Under the pieces are notes generated by a model. It searched no databases. It was given only the letters and a program-made list of their open reading frames with translations, and was not told the DNA's origin. A stretch of DNA of 64,000 nucleotides from Felis catus (Eukaryota): NCBI RefSeq assembly GCF_018350175.1, contig NC_058368.1, forward strand, positions 7,750,001 through 7,814,000. The letters run 5' to 3'. Of the stretch, positions 49,186 to 62,419 are shown piece after piece; within the stretch, counting starts at the first letter, position 1; every line of letters starts with the position of its first letter. The position numbers were made by a program, and so were the translations under genes.

Positions 49186-51256
49186 TAATTCAGGAAATTG
49201 CCTGAAATTGTCTTCACTTTTAACATCACTGAGTTATAATTTAGGTCCACCTTCATTTCTTACCTGGACACTTACTATTATAGATTAACATTATCTGCTT
49301 TCCTGCTTCTGGTCTTAACTTTCAAACCACTGCCTAACTGATTATTTGATCTTGTTTCTTATCTTTGTCATCTGTTTTTTGTCATTAGAATAAAATCCAG
49401 ATCTTTCAGGAATGTATCCAAGCTGTACCTATTGCTTTCTCTCCTGATTACTGCTGTAGACCTACTCAACTATTGAATACCATGCTCTTTCTGCCTCTGC
49501 CTTAGAACATTGTCTTTGAACATTGCTTTGATTGCTGTGTCTTTTTCTCTGTCTTGACTCTGCAAACTTGTCTTTTAGGATTCATTTCAAGCATATCATC
49601 TTTTGACCTAATTAGTCAGCATGAAGCATTTGTTCACTTTTCCCTAGCACTTACATCGTTCTAATTAAGGGATGTATAACCTGTCCTAAAGGCACACTGT
49701 AGATGCTTCTACTTAATATTGATATGTGGATGTTCTGAATGTCTGGGATTGTGGAGTTGGGTTCAGTGTACATTCTGTACCTGTGAAATGCCAGTCTGTG
49801 AGCTTCTAGACCATAGTGCCTGTGTTTTCTATGTTTTTCTTCTCCACAGTGCCTAGCACATTGCCTAACACTGTATCTTCTATGTATTAGCTGTTGAAAT
49901 AATTGAATGGATGAACCTGGATTAGTGATTGGTGATTCATAGTATTTGGCCTGATGTTAGTCCTGAAATTTAATGCTTTGTGCATTGTCTTAAGTTTTTT
50001 TGGTAGGGTTTCATGACAAAAAATATCATTATAGAAAAATGCTTGAAAAATCTTAATAAATGTTGAATCTGGTGATTGAGTATGGCAGAGTTCTTGGTTA
50101 GAGAAAATGCCTCTAAGTAAATTTCTCTTACTATATAATGTGGCAAATAAGTTTTAGTATTATATATGTATGTATAGAAGCTGTACATAGATACAGAAAA
50201 CAGTTATAGCTATATAGTAATTCTTGACTCTGTGGAATGCTGTGATGGTCTTGTTTTCCTGTACTACTCATTAACTGACCTGAATAGGTCTTTTTCTCTT
50301 GTTAGGGAGTGATTTTTTTGTTTTTAAGCTTTCTTGAGATGATTGACACATAAGTGAGAGTACTACTGAGAATGAGCTAGGTAATAACGCCTCTGTGACC
50401 ATTAATGATTACTACTACTGGGGGACTTTGACATACAACAGATAGGTTTCAAGTGGAAGAGGAGCGGTTCTCCTATTTTTGTTTGAAAATGTCTTCTATC
50501 CACCGTACACCGATTTTGCTTTTTTGTGCACATTGATTCTGTTGGTATCAATTGAAATATCGCATACCGTGTGAATGCTTGTGTATCGTCATGCCGTTCG
50601 GTGGCGATGATAACTCTAAGCAAAGGGAACTGTGTAAGTGGCTTTATGATGAATAAATCTTAAACTTTTCTGTAACTTTTTTGTAAAACATATAAACTTA
50701 TAGGAAAAAAAATCAGATACCATAGAGAAGTACAAAGAAGGAAGCCAAAATGTCTCCGCTTTCCTCACCATCCGGAGATAAGAGCTCCCTTAACATTTTA
50801 GTGAACACGTTTACCATCCTTTGTATGCCTGTGCACACGCACATGTACACGTCTTCCTTCATTCCCCTTCCTCTGAGACAGAAGCACACCATTTTACAGA
50901 AATAGTTACTTAGTATAATTGCTGATTTGTAGCCTGATTTGTATTTTATTTTTACTCTGTGGGCCTGTTTCCATGGCAAATAAAAATAAATCAATTCACA
51001 TGATTTTTATGGCGACATGCTATTGTAGGTACCAAATTCCACATAACTGAATGCCTACCGATAGATATTTTAGTTACTTCCTTTTTAAAAACAATCATAA
51101 ATTGAAAAATTACATGCAAAACTTAAGTGTACAAAAATTGTGTGCCCATACTTGATTTTCTCCTTAGCTTTAGTTCCTAGGTTTCAGAGTACTAAGGCAT
51201 GCTTATTTTTCATTTTGATATATTGTCAAACTATTCTCAAGGATAGTGTTTAGGTT

Positions 51257-51502
51257 GGGGCGCCTGGGTGGCTCAGTCGGTTGAGTGTCCGACTTCGGCT
51301 CTGGTCATGATTTTGTGGTAGTGAGTTTGAGCCTGCGTCGGGCTCTATGCTGACAGCTCGGAGCCTGAAGCCTGCTTCAGATTCTTTGTCTCCCTCTCTT
51401 TCTCTCTCTGCCCCTTCCCCACTGGCTTGCTCGCTCTCTCTGTCTCTCTCTCAAAAATAAATAAACATTAAAAAAAATTTTTGTTTAAATTAAAAAAAAA
51501 AA
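51257..51502 (+). mobile_element. CAN-SINE
   Basis: TSD ATAGTGTTTAGG. Confidence 0.9.
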
Positions 51503-53687
51503 GAATAGTGTTTAGGGTGTTACCTGTTTATGATGCACTTTGTGAAGGATAAACTAATGAGTATCTTTGAAAATTTACATTCCCATTGTTTCAAGATGTA
51601 TATAATTACTTTTGCTGAGCTTCTGAAACGTTTTATTAAACTCTATCTTAGTACAAACCTTATTACTAATTGATTTTCATTTGGTAGGTTCTGATGTACT
51701 GATGTTACTTCACTGTAAAGATAGTCAAAATATAAATAGGAGAACTTCTGTTTATTTATCTATTTATTAAAAAAAATTCTTTTTGAGAACTTCTGTTTAA
51801 AACAACACTGGAGTACATCTCTTGGAAGCATTAGTAATCAACTTTCTTCCACAGTTTTCACCAATTTGATTCTATTTAGAAAATCATATTTCCTCTATTG
51901 GGATGTTTACCAGTTTGCTTCAGAAAAATTTGAAATTGAGATACTAGACTAATTTCACAATAGTAGTAATATTTTCGATGTTGATTGTTAACTTATAGGA
52001 TGAAACCTTGCTGGTCTTGAGCAGGTCAGCTGAAATTAAGTATATTTTGATAATAAATATAAATGTAAATATAAATTGACCATATTTGGATGTGTTTGAA
52101 ATAAGGGGAAATAACAACCCATTAAATTAAAAAAAAAGTCTTACAGAAATGTGAACTTGGAGGCTCTAGTTAGCTATTTGACTTCTCCTTTCCACCTCCC
52201 CCCCGTTCCTCTTTATCCTGTATGACTTATGAACACTGAAGACTGGTAAAAATAGCTCTGAATAGGGCTTTTCTTTGTGCCCGTGGGTCTCATCTTTTTA
52301 TGCCTTTTTACATACAATTTATCAAGGCAAAATACTTGCTAATTCCTGCCTTTCTCCCTCATTATCAGCGTCCCTTCTTTTACCATTCCAAGTAATTGAC
52401 CTTTGCCAGGGAAACCACACCCCTTGGGCATAAATCTTTGGAATTAGTCTCAACTAGGCTCTTTTGGTAAGTCCAAATAGGGAACAAGAATAGTGAAGAT
52501 GGGAGATTGGAGTAGGTTTTAGAAAAAGTAGATAAGGCTAAGATTAACATCAACTTTTTACCTCTTGTTTGTTTTTTTTTTTTTTTTTAATTGACTTAAT
52601 TATGTCAAGAACAGTGGAGACTTGACCTGTTCACTCTAAATGGATTTCATCAGTAAACACATTAAGCAAAACTTCCCTTCTCTTCCTTTCTTCCTGCTTT
52701 CCCTTCCTCTTTTTCCTCCTCTTCTTCCTTTTCTTTTTCTCTGCTTTTCTCTTTTATTCTCTTTTATCCTGGCTGAAAAGTAAAAGATGGATTAGAGGTG
52801 AGCAAGACTGGAGTTTAGTTGGTCAATAGGGATGATGTTGCAGTAAACCTGAGAAGAGATGACAGTGGTGTAGAGGAGGGCACTGATGGTGACACGGGTA
52901 GAAATAGTTGAATTTGAGAAATATTTAGAATGTAGAATAGATGTCATGATTTGATGCTTCAGAAATATCTACAGTATCAAAAGGATAGGTGTGGCATAAT
53001 TTATCTGTTTGGGAAAGAAATGATACAGACAGCGCAACAAAACTTGAAAACCAAGTTAATAGGGCATCTTGGTCCTAGGCTGTCACCATCTAGAGCTGTG
53101 AGAACTTAAATTTCTATTGTTTAAGCCACTCATGTATGGTATTTTGTTATGATTCTAGCAGACTAAGATAGTTGGTGATAAGTTAAACACCTGTATTATA
53201 AAACCTAAGGCAGCCACTATAAGAACAGAGAGTTGCAGCTAATAAGTGGAGAGAAGCAATAAAATGAAAACTCAAAAGTCGGTTAATCCCAAAAGAAGGC
53301 AGAAAAAAGAAAAGGGGAACAAAGAACAAATAGAACAAATTAAAAAAAGGGTAGCAAGATGGTAGATAGGTTTAATAATCACATTAAATGTAAATAGCCT
53401 AAATGTCCCAAGAAGAAGGCAGAGATTTTCAGGTTGGATTTAAAAAAACAAGATCCGACTATTTGAAGCTGACAAAAAACCTACTTTAGACTTAAAGACA
53501 AACGTATGTTTAAAATTATACCATGCACTAGTCAGAAAAGACTAATGTGCGTGTTTCTTACTAGTATTATATCCATGTATATTGTACACTATAACAGGTA
53601 GTACAATTATAATTACAACAGTAATTATAGTAATAGTAATGTATGACTACATATTAGTGTATACATACTATATAGAGTATAGTAATA

Positions 53688-53993
53688 CAGTTGGCCCTTG
53701 AACTACATGTGGGTTGGGGTAGTAACCCTCCATGCATTTGAAAATCCATGTGTAACTTTTGACTCCCCCAAAGTGTAATGACTAGTAGCTTAGTGTTGAC
53801 TGGAAGCCATACCGATAACATAAACATTTGTATGGTATATGTATGATATACTATATTCTTACAGTAAAGTAAGCTTGAGGAAAGAAAATAATAAAATCAT
53901 AAGAGAAAACACATTTTACAGGTCCTGTATCGAAAAAATCTATGTGTAAGTGGACCTGCACAGTTCAAACCTATGTTGTTCAAGAGTCAGCTG
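53688..53993 (-). mobile_element. Tigger2-derived MITE (TcMar-Tigger)
   Basis: Terminal inverted repeats CAGTTGGCCCTTGAACTACAT / ATGTTGTTCAAGAGTCAGCTG, TA duplicated on both sides. Confidence 0.87.
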
Positions 53994-54799
53994 TATATAT
54001 AGTATAGTGATGTATGGGGTACATATAATATAGCTGGGATAGCTATACTCCTATCAGACAAAGTAGATTTCAGAGCCGAGAATATTATCAGGAACAAAGA
54101 GAGTTGTTAGATAAAGGGACAGTTCATTAAGAGCATGGATGTACCACTCTTAAATGTTTATGTACCTAATAAAAGAGGGTTAAAATATGAGACCAAGACT
54201 AATAGAGTTGAAAGGAGAAGTAGACAAACAGTGATAGCGATTTCAGTACTCTGAGTATTAGAAGAAAGACAAAATCAGTAAGGATATGGGAGATTTCAAT
54301 AGCTCTGTCAGTTTGACGTTTATGGAACACTCTGCCCACAAACAGCCAAATACATACTCTTCTTAAGTGCACATAGAACATTGACTAAGACCAATTCTGG
54401 GTCACGGAACGAGTCTCAATAAGTTTAAAAGGATTCAGGTCATACAGATGTGTTCTCTGACCACAGTGGCATTAAAATAGAAATCAGTAACAAAGATTTT
54501 TGGAGAATCTTTAAGTATTTGGAAACTGAACAGCACACTTCTAAATTATTCATGGGGCAAAGAAGAAATAGGGGAAGCAGAAAGTTCAGTATAACTTTGT
54601 AATAGCACAACTGCTTTGTAACTTTCATTTTGAAGTGAATGACAATGAAGCCATGTTAAAAGTTGTGGGATGCTGCTAACACACTAATGAGGTAGATTTT
54701 AGCATTAAATGCCTAGAGTAGACAAGAAAAGTTCCTAGGTCAATGACTTCAGCTTCTACTCTAAGAAACTAGAGAAAGAAGAACAAATTCAGCCCAAAT

Positions 54800-55235
54800 T
54801 GGTCTCCCTAAAAGGTAAGTTCATGTCCTAATCCCTGCCTGGAACTTGTGAATTCTACTTGATTTAGAAGAAGAGTCTTTTCCAGGTATAATTAAGTTAA
54901 GGATTTGGTGATACCATCTTGAATTATTTAAGTGGGCCCTGAACAATGGCAGGTCCGTCCTGGTTAAGACGAGGCAGAGGGAGATTGCACACAAGAGAAG
55001 GGGATGTGAGGACCAGGGCAGAAACAGGTGATGTGGTACCAGCCAAGGAATGCCAAAGAGTGCCGGCCGTTGCCAGAAGCATGGAATGGATTCTGCTCCA
55101 GTGCATCTGGAGGGGAGCACCGGCAACTTCCTTTTAAACTTCTGGCTTCCAAAAAGTGGAAGAAAATACATTTCTGGGGTTTTAAGCCATCAAGTTTGTG
55201 GTAATTTGTTACGGTAGCCGCAGGAAACTGGTACA
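54800..55235 (+). mobile_element. MLT1B/C-like LTR within the old L1
   Basis: TAATTAAGTTAAGGAT, AGCCAAGGAATGCC, TTTTAAGCCA...GTTTGTGGTAATTTGTTACGGTAGCCGCAGGAAACTGGTACA. Confidence 0.8.
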
Positions 55236-58200
55236 TATGCACTAGCAACAAATAATATAAAGTGAAAGTTTCAAAATTATGTAATTTATGATAGTGCCAG
55301 AAATACAAGTTGTGGTTTGATCTGACAGAAAGTCTAAGGAACTGTACGTTAAAAACTTTGAAACTTTCCTGAGAGGAATTAAAGAAGACCTAAATAAAAG
55401 GAGATGTATAACATGTTCATGGATCTGAAGACTCGTTATTGTTAAGATGCAAGATGTTGATTCTTACCAAATTGATCTACAGATTCAGTATACTGTCAAT
55501 TAGAATTCAGCAGGGTATTTAATTTTTTTTTAACGTTATTCATTTTTTTGACAGAGACAGAGCCTGAGTGGGGGAGGGGCAGAGAGAGAGGAAGACACAG
55601 AATCCCAGCAAGATCCAGGTTTCAAGCTGGTAGCACAGAGCCCGATGTGGGGCTCAGACTCACAAACTGTGAGACTGTGACCTGAGCCTAAGTCGGATGC
55701 TCGACTGAGCCACCCAGGTGCCCCTCGGCAGGCTATGTAATAGTAATTGATAAGTTTAGCCTAATACTCATGTAAACATTCAAAGAACCAATCCAAACTA
55801 AAAAAGAAAAAAATAAGGCAAAAAGATGCAAGATGTACACTATCCGACTTCAGGAATTACTGTGAAGCTGTAGTCATCAAGATGATGTGCTTTTGACATG
55901 AAGATAGATGGGCATCAGTGGAGCACAATCAAGTCCAGAAATTAACTTGCTAATAAATAGTTGATTTTCAACAAAGTAGCAAAGGCTATTGAGCGGAGGA
56001 AGAAGAGTCTCTTTAGCAAACAGCGCTAGAATAATTGAGTGTGTGCAAAAATATTAGACTCCTACCTCACGCTTCATAGAAATTGACTCAGTGAATCTTA
56101 GACCTAAATGTAAAACATGAAATCCTAAAACAGAAGAAAACAGAATATTTGTAACTTTGGTGGGTTAGGCAGGTATTTCTTAGGTGTAACGACTTCGTCA
56201 ACATTTAAGAACCACAGTTCTTTGAAAGCTGCTGTTAAGAGAATGAAAAGACAGATCATAGACCTGGAGAAAATATTTGTATAACATGTAGACCAAGGCT
56301 TTCTATCCAGAACTGTCAAATTCCACAACAGAAAACAAAAAATCAATAAAAATGGTCAAAAAGTGTGAACAGACATTTTACAGTAGAAGATACAGAATGG
56401 CCATTAAGTAAGTCATTGGGGAATGCAAATTAAAACCACAATGAGATACACCTATTAAAATGTCTAAAATATAAAAATCTGACCAAAGCTCATGTTCACG
56501 AGTATGTAGAGCAACTTGATCTTTCCACAAAGTGCTGGTGGATATATTAAGATAGTAGCACTACTTTGTAAAACAGCTTACCAATTAAAATTTTTTTTAA
56601 TGTTTGTTTATTTTTGAGAGAGAGAGAGAGAGACAGAGAGCGAGCAAGGGAAGGGCAAAGAGAGGGAGTCAGAATCTGAAGCAGGCTCCAGTCCCTGTGC
56701 TGTCAGCACAGAGCCTGATGCAGGGCTCGAACCCACAGACCGCAAGATCATGACCTGAGCTGAAGTCGGTTGCTTAACGAACTGAGCCACCCTGGTGCCC
56801 AATAGCATACCAATTTTCTTTTCTTTTCTTTTTTTTTTTCAACGTTTATTTATTTTGGGGACAGAGAGAGACAGAGCATGAACGGGCGAGGGGCAGAGAG
56901 AGAGGGAGACACAGAATCGGAAACAGGCTCCAGGCTCTGAGCCATCAGCCCAGAGCCCGATGCGGGGCTCGAACTCACGGACCGCGAGATCGTGACCTGG
57001 CTGAAGTCGGACGCTTAACCGACTGCGCCACCCAGGCGTCCCCATACCAATTTTCTAAAAAGGTTATATATACACATACTGTGTGTCCAAGCCAATCACT
57101 AATGGGCACTTTCCCAAGAGTAATGAAATAGGTCTACACAACGACTTGTACCTGAGTGTTCTCTTTGCAGCTTTGTTTTTAATAGCCCCAAACTGGAAAC
57201 CACCTTTGTCCATTGGATGAAAGGATAAACAAATTGTGGTGTATGGATATTATGAAATATTAGCAGTAAAAAAGGAATGAAATATTGGTGGAGTCAGTCA
57301 CATGGATGAATCTTAATGTTGCCAAGTGAAAGAAGCTCGCAAAAAACCCTGCATGTATATGTATGTAAGATTCATTCATATTAAATTCTAGAAAAGGTAG
57401 ATTAATCTATAGTGACAGAAAGCTGATCTGTGGTTGCCTCGAGACCAAAGTAGGGGAGTAGAGAGGAATGGGAGGGAGGAATTCAAACGAAGTTTGTGGC
57501 AACATTTGGGCATCATGGATATATTCATTATCTTGATTTGGGTAATTGTTTCCTGGTTTCTGCCTATGATCAGAGTTGCAAAGAGGTTATATTTTAAATA
57601 TGTGCAGTTTAGGGGCACCTGGGTGGCTCAGTCGGTCGGTTAAGTGTCCTGACTCTTGATTTTGGCTCAGGTTGTGATCTCACATCGCTTGTTAACAGTG
57701 CATAGCCTGCCTGGGATTCTCTCCTCTGTTTCTGTCTGTCTCTGTCTCTTGTCTCTGTCTCTGTCTCTCTCTCTGCCCTGCCCCACTTGTGCATGCTTGT
57801 CTCTCCAAATAAATAAACTTAAGAAAATGTGCACTGTGTTTATATGTCAGTTATATCTAAATAAAACTGTTAAGAAAAAGCAGGTCATGTTTCGTTCAGA
57901 AAGTAGAAAGATTACTGATAAAAACTTAAGCCATTAGACAAGTGAAGCAAATTGCGTTCATTATACGGAATGTATCGTGGAAGGTATTTTATGGGTTTTT
58001 ATGGGTTTATTATGTAATTTTTAAAAATCTGACCAATATTCAGGAACAGTAGTGGTTTCTTATCATACATCATACCACCTTAGGGTAACTTTCTTACAGA
58101 CCTTTTTGACATATTTGCAATGAAACAGTACGTAAGAGTTTGTGTTCTATTTTCGTTTAATAGAATCTTCCTATTTTTCTACCACATTTTAAAAACCTAT

Positions 58201-58416
58201 TTTAATGGTGGCACTTTTCATTTTGTTTTGCACTATTTATTAAATGAGTCCCTTAATTTATGGGACTGCTTTATTGTGGTCTTAAGTAAGTGTTCTGTTT
58301 ATAGTGGAGTCCAGCAGAGTCTTAAAGATCTGAATTTTACTTTAAGAGTAGCAGTTTCCATGGAATCCTATAATAGTAGAAAAGCATAAAATTGTGTTGC
58401 TCACGAATTAGCAATT

Positions 58417-58950
58417 GGGGCGCCTGGGTGGCTCAGTCGGTTAAGTGTCCAACTCTTGGTTTTGGCTTCAGGTCATGATCTCACCGTTTGTGGGTTCGGG
58501 CCCTGCCTCGGGTTCCATGCTGTCAGGGTGGAGCCTGCTTGGTGTCCTCTCTCTCTACTCCTCCCCCTGTATGTGCTCTCTCTCTCAAAATAAATAAACT
58601 TAAAAAAACAAAAAACAAAAACCTGAGTTAGAAACCTCATCAGAAAACTACTTCATTTGTGAAAAACCCTGTAAGTTAAGGAAATACTCTATCATTTTGG
58701 TTGGGTGGGATGTCAACGTTGAAATGTTAATTACTGTTTTATTTAAAATATAATAACAGGGCTGCCTGGGTGGCTCAGTTACGCCTCTTGATTTCTGCTC
58801 TGGTCATGATCTCAGGGTTTGTGAGTTTGAACCCTGTGTTGGGCTGTGCGCTAACAGAGGTGGGGAGTATGCTTGGGATTCGCTCTCTCCCTTTCTCTAC
58901 CCTTTCCCCCCACCCCCCCGAATTAAAAAAAAATTAAAAAATCTTTTAAA
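58417..58950 (+). mobile_element. Two sense CAN-SINEs (58417-58621, 58759-58950)
   Basis: GGGGCGCCTGGGTGGCTCAG and GGGCTGCCTGGGTGGCTCAG heads with A-rich tails. Confidence 0.85.
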
Positions 58951-60832
58951 ATAGTTACAACAGTGCTTTTGAAGCTAAAGGTTAGGACTCGATTTACTCT
59001 ATTTTTGTTTAGAGAATACAGGTAGGGATTACAGGTAAATATTGGGGGATGGTGTCAATTTATAAAAAGCACTTGGTTGTTTTTGGCATGAAAGTTGCAG
59101 TATAAATTTAAGTATATGAGAACCTAAAACTCCCATTTTTCTTGATAAATTCTCCCAAAGTCTTACTTGACTAAAAAAAAAAATTTTTCAAGTGTGCATT
59201 TAGAGCTGTTTAAAGTTTGCTGAAAATCAGGGTTTAAAATATGAATAAAAATTAGAAATAAAATTATGAATATAATTATCTGTATATGAAAAAACAAAGT
59301 TGATACTACAGGAACATAATTTGGATAGTTACACAAGGATTATGTAAATCCTAGAGCAGGAGTAATAAAACTTTTTATTCTCTTCAGTGTTGTTGAAGTT
59401 AGAAAATTTTTACAACCCAAGTCCTTGAGTCTCTAGATGGAACCTTCACCTCCTAAAGCTAAAAGAAACTGTTTATTTTCTGATGAACAGATATTTCATT
59501 TTAAGGTGATACTGGTTTTAACCAGTTTTGCCTTACTGTTGAGAAAATTATTTTTTTAAACATGTTCAAAGTGGGTTCCTGTGCTGTTTTGTCACTTTAT
59601 AAAACCCATCTTTATCCCTTAACCCCCCCCAAATTAAAGCCATTTCAAGAATCTATCCTTTAATGGTAGTTATTTTAAGTAATTGTATCATAAAAAGTAT
59701 TCTCATTATTATTATAATTTTTAATTAATACTTGAAATATTTCTGATAGTTCTCTGATCTGGCTATAAGAATGTACATTGTCTGTTAATAATAATAGCTC
59801 TGTTCTCTTATTCCTAAATTTAGTGGGTTTTTTTGTGTTACACCTAAATCCTGTGTAATTGTTTTTTCTGCCATGTAAATCCGTTTACTTTTTCTCTAAT
59901 CTCAAATACTCAGAGTTGAATAAAACCAACTCTCACCCCATCCACTCAAGGGAATTGCCTTGTCATCTTAAATCAGGAAAGAGAAAGGAGGGAAGATCTT
60001 AGATTTTTCTCTTCACTTCTTAATTAAAATTCACTGTGAGGTACGTTTTTTTGCCACTGTGACTGTTGAATCTCTGAAGGTTGCAGTTTAGTGTGTAAAC
60101 TTTCATAGTTAACATTAATTTAAATAATTTCTATTATAATAGATTTGGAGACTCTCTCATTTGTTATAATGGCATTTTATATATGATTTGTTTGGGAACG
60201 GTGGAATGATTATTTCCATTCTTTTCTCCTTTGTAAGAAATCCTTTCAAAGTCGGCTTTAAAATTAATTTAAAATAATTAATTGAATTTAAATTAATTTA
60301 GAGAAGCTCAGCTTTGAAATCAGGTAGTCTGTTATTCATAGTAAATATAAGGTCTAACTGACATGGAAAATGAGTAATACCTATTTCTCAGGAGTATGCC
60401 GCTAAAAGTTTTTGTATACACATGAAATTTTCTTTGTCGGAATTTGCTGTCTCTGAGTAATCTTGCAGTCCTGATGTCTCCATCTCTTTTAGGCGCTCTG
60501 GACTTTCTTACCAAGATACACATTGCTTTTATCTTGACTCTTACCTTCTAAAATAGGTTTAAGATGAACTGAAACACATTGTTAGAGCTCTGAAGTGATC
60601 CTGTTAGTAGCCATGTGTTCCCTTGTAACTAGGGATTAGTGTATTAATAAAATGCATGGACTTCTTTTCTACCCCAGAAATTAAGGAATTGATCATACTT
60701 TTAAAGAACATGCCACTATTTTCGAAAACTTTAGACTTTGGAAGTTTTAAAAAATAAAAATAAATATATAAAAGTGATAGAAGAGGAATTTTTTTTTTCC
60801 CTTTGGAAAATATATTTTGGATCAGGCCTGAT

Positions 60833-60883
60833 TCCTCCTCCTCCTCCTCCTCCTCCTCCTCCTCCTCCTCCTCTTCCTCTTCC
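60833..60883. repeat. (CCT)n trinucleotide microsatellite
   Basis: About 13 perfect CCT units followed by CTTCCT variants. Confidence 0.95.
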
Positions 60884-62271
60884 TTTTTTTTTTTCCTTCA
60901 GAATTTCATGTCTTAGATGTGGCAGTAAAAGAGGTTCATTCTTTAGTATGTTTTAATTAAACCCAGATTAACATTTTCTCTACATTTTATCACTTTAATG
61001 TTAGCTGGTATGTAACTGGTAAACTCTCATTTGTCTTAGAGTTTAAATTTAGGTCAGCCTGTTGGCTGTAATCTTCCAAATCTAATCACTTGAACTCTAA
61101 TTTATCAGGTTGAAGTGTCGTTCCTGCTGAATAGGGAAGTTGTTCTTGGGGTATACAGGAATTAGTCCGTCGTCTTATTTTCTGCCTTCTGTGGGAATGC
61201 ATTTTTACATTCTAATGACCAGTTCTAAAAGATTTTTAAGTGATTAAATGCTTTGCGTAATTAAATTCTCTAATTAAATTCATGATTCAGTGTGTTTTAA
61301 ACTTAGTTTGTATGTACACATAAAATGTGGGCCGAAGTGTGAATTATACTAAATTATCTCCTTGGCTGACCCTTTTGAAAGCTGAATTCAAATGATATCA
61401 TTAATGAGTCTTTATTATGCTTAGGCATTTAGAATTTAAAATGGTCACCATTTCAGAAAAATATTTTGGATATTCATTTGTTCTTCATGGACAAGATAGA
61501 GACCATTTGTGAATTTGATGTACAGTCTCATAATGTTCCAGTAGTTGTTAAAGCCAAACGTACCATGCCATTGAATATCTAAACTGTTGCAGCATAGTAC
61601 AACTGTGAAGAAAATTTTTTTTCCATGTGATCTGCCTGTAAAATATGCCTGTGATCTCACAGTAAAATATTTGAAATATAACAGAAGTTACATGTGATAC
61701 TTACAGGCATTGAAAGCATTGGAGCCTCTGGTACATTTTTCTTATATCTTGATTCTTCCCATATTTTCCTTGTTCTTAAATGTCTTTCTTGGCTTTACTC
61801 TCACTTAAATACATGGCACTATATTATTGGGGAAATACCTTACGTACTTATGAAAAAGAAAATGATTAATTCTGGAATAAAGGCACTTTTGACCTTTATC
61901 CTGGTAGAAGTGGTTTAAAGACATTAAACTTGAAACTTGTTGCTCAGTTTTGAGGTAGTCTCAACCTCCCACTTCTCTAAAATGTGTTAGGATAGTTTGG
62001 TATGATGAGTATTGGACAATCAAGGCAAATTTTACGTTTTCTGGGGTTAAATTCTGCAACTGCAGTGATTAAAATCCTCAAATTTGATTAAAACGTTTCC
62101 TTCAAGAAATGTGATTTTACCACCCCAAAATGTGGAACTTAGAAATGCTATAAGTCCTTTCGATAAAATCTTTTACTCAGTAAATAAAGCACTGTGGAAT
62201 AATGCCTAGTAGATTCAATGTCTTTTTTGGGCTTAAAGTGTGTTAACTTACTATATTTGATTTTTAAATAG

Positions 62272-62419
62272 ACACCAAATCCTACTGCAAGCGAGTTTAT
62301 TCCTAAAGGAGGATCAACCTCCAGGCTGAGTAACGTGTCCCAGTCAAATATGTCTGCCTTCTCTCAAGTTTTCTCTCACCCGTCCCTGGGAAGTCCTGCT
62401 GCTGCTGGCTTAGCACCAG
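62272..62419 (+). CDS. PAN3: PAN3 coding exon 6 (148 nt), begins with the PAM2 PABP-binding motif
   Basis: AATAG acceptor; TPNPTASEFIPKGGSTSRLSNVSQSNMSAFSQVFSHPSLGSPAAAGLAP; donor G|GTAAGT. Confidence 0.95.

Larger units (their letters stand above)
53175..57880 (+). mobile_element. Large decayed old L1 (L1MB/L1MC-like): ORF2 endonuclease remnant to 3'UTR, with many nested insertions
   Basis: ATAATCACATTAAATGTAAAT (IITLNVN), TCAGACAAAGTAGATTTC (SDKVDF), TTCTCTGACCAC (FSDH), CAAATTAAAACCACAATGAGATAC; 3'UTR ends in AATAAA near 57860. Nested SINEs at ~55520-55724, 56590-56800, 56818-57043 (-) and 57612-57826 (+). Confidence 0.85.

Noticed and set aside
1411..57045. Recurrent peptides such as [19 protein letters not shown] and MAQSVKRPTSA
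   Set aside because: Translations of dispersed CAN-SINE copies, not a gene family.
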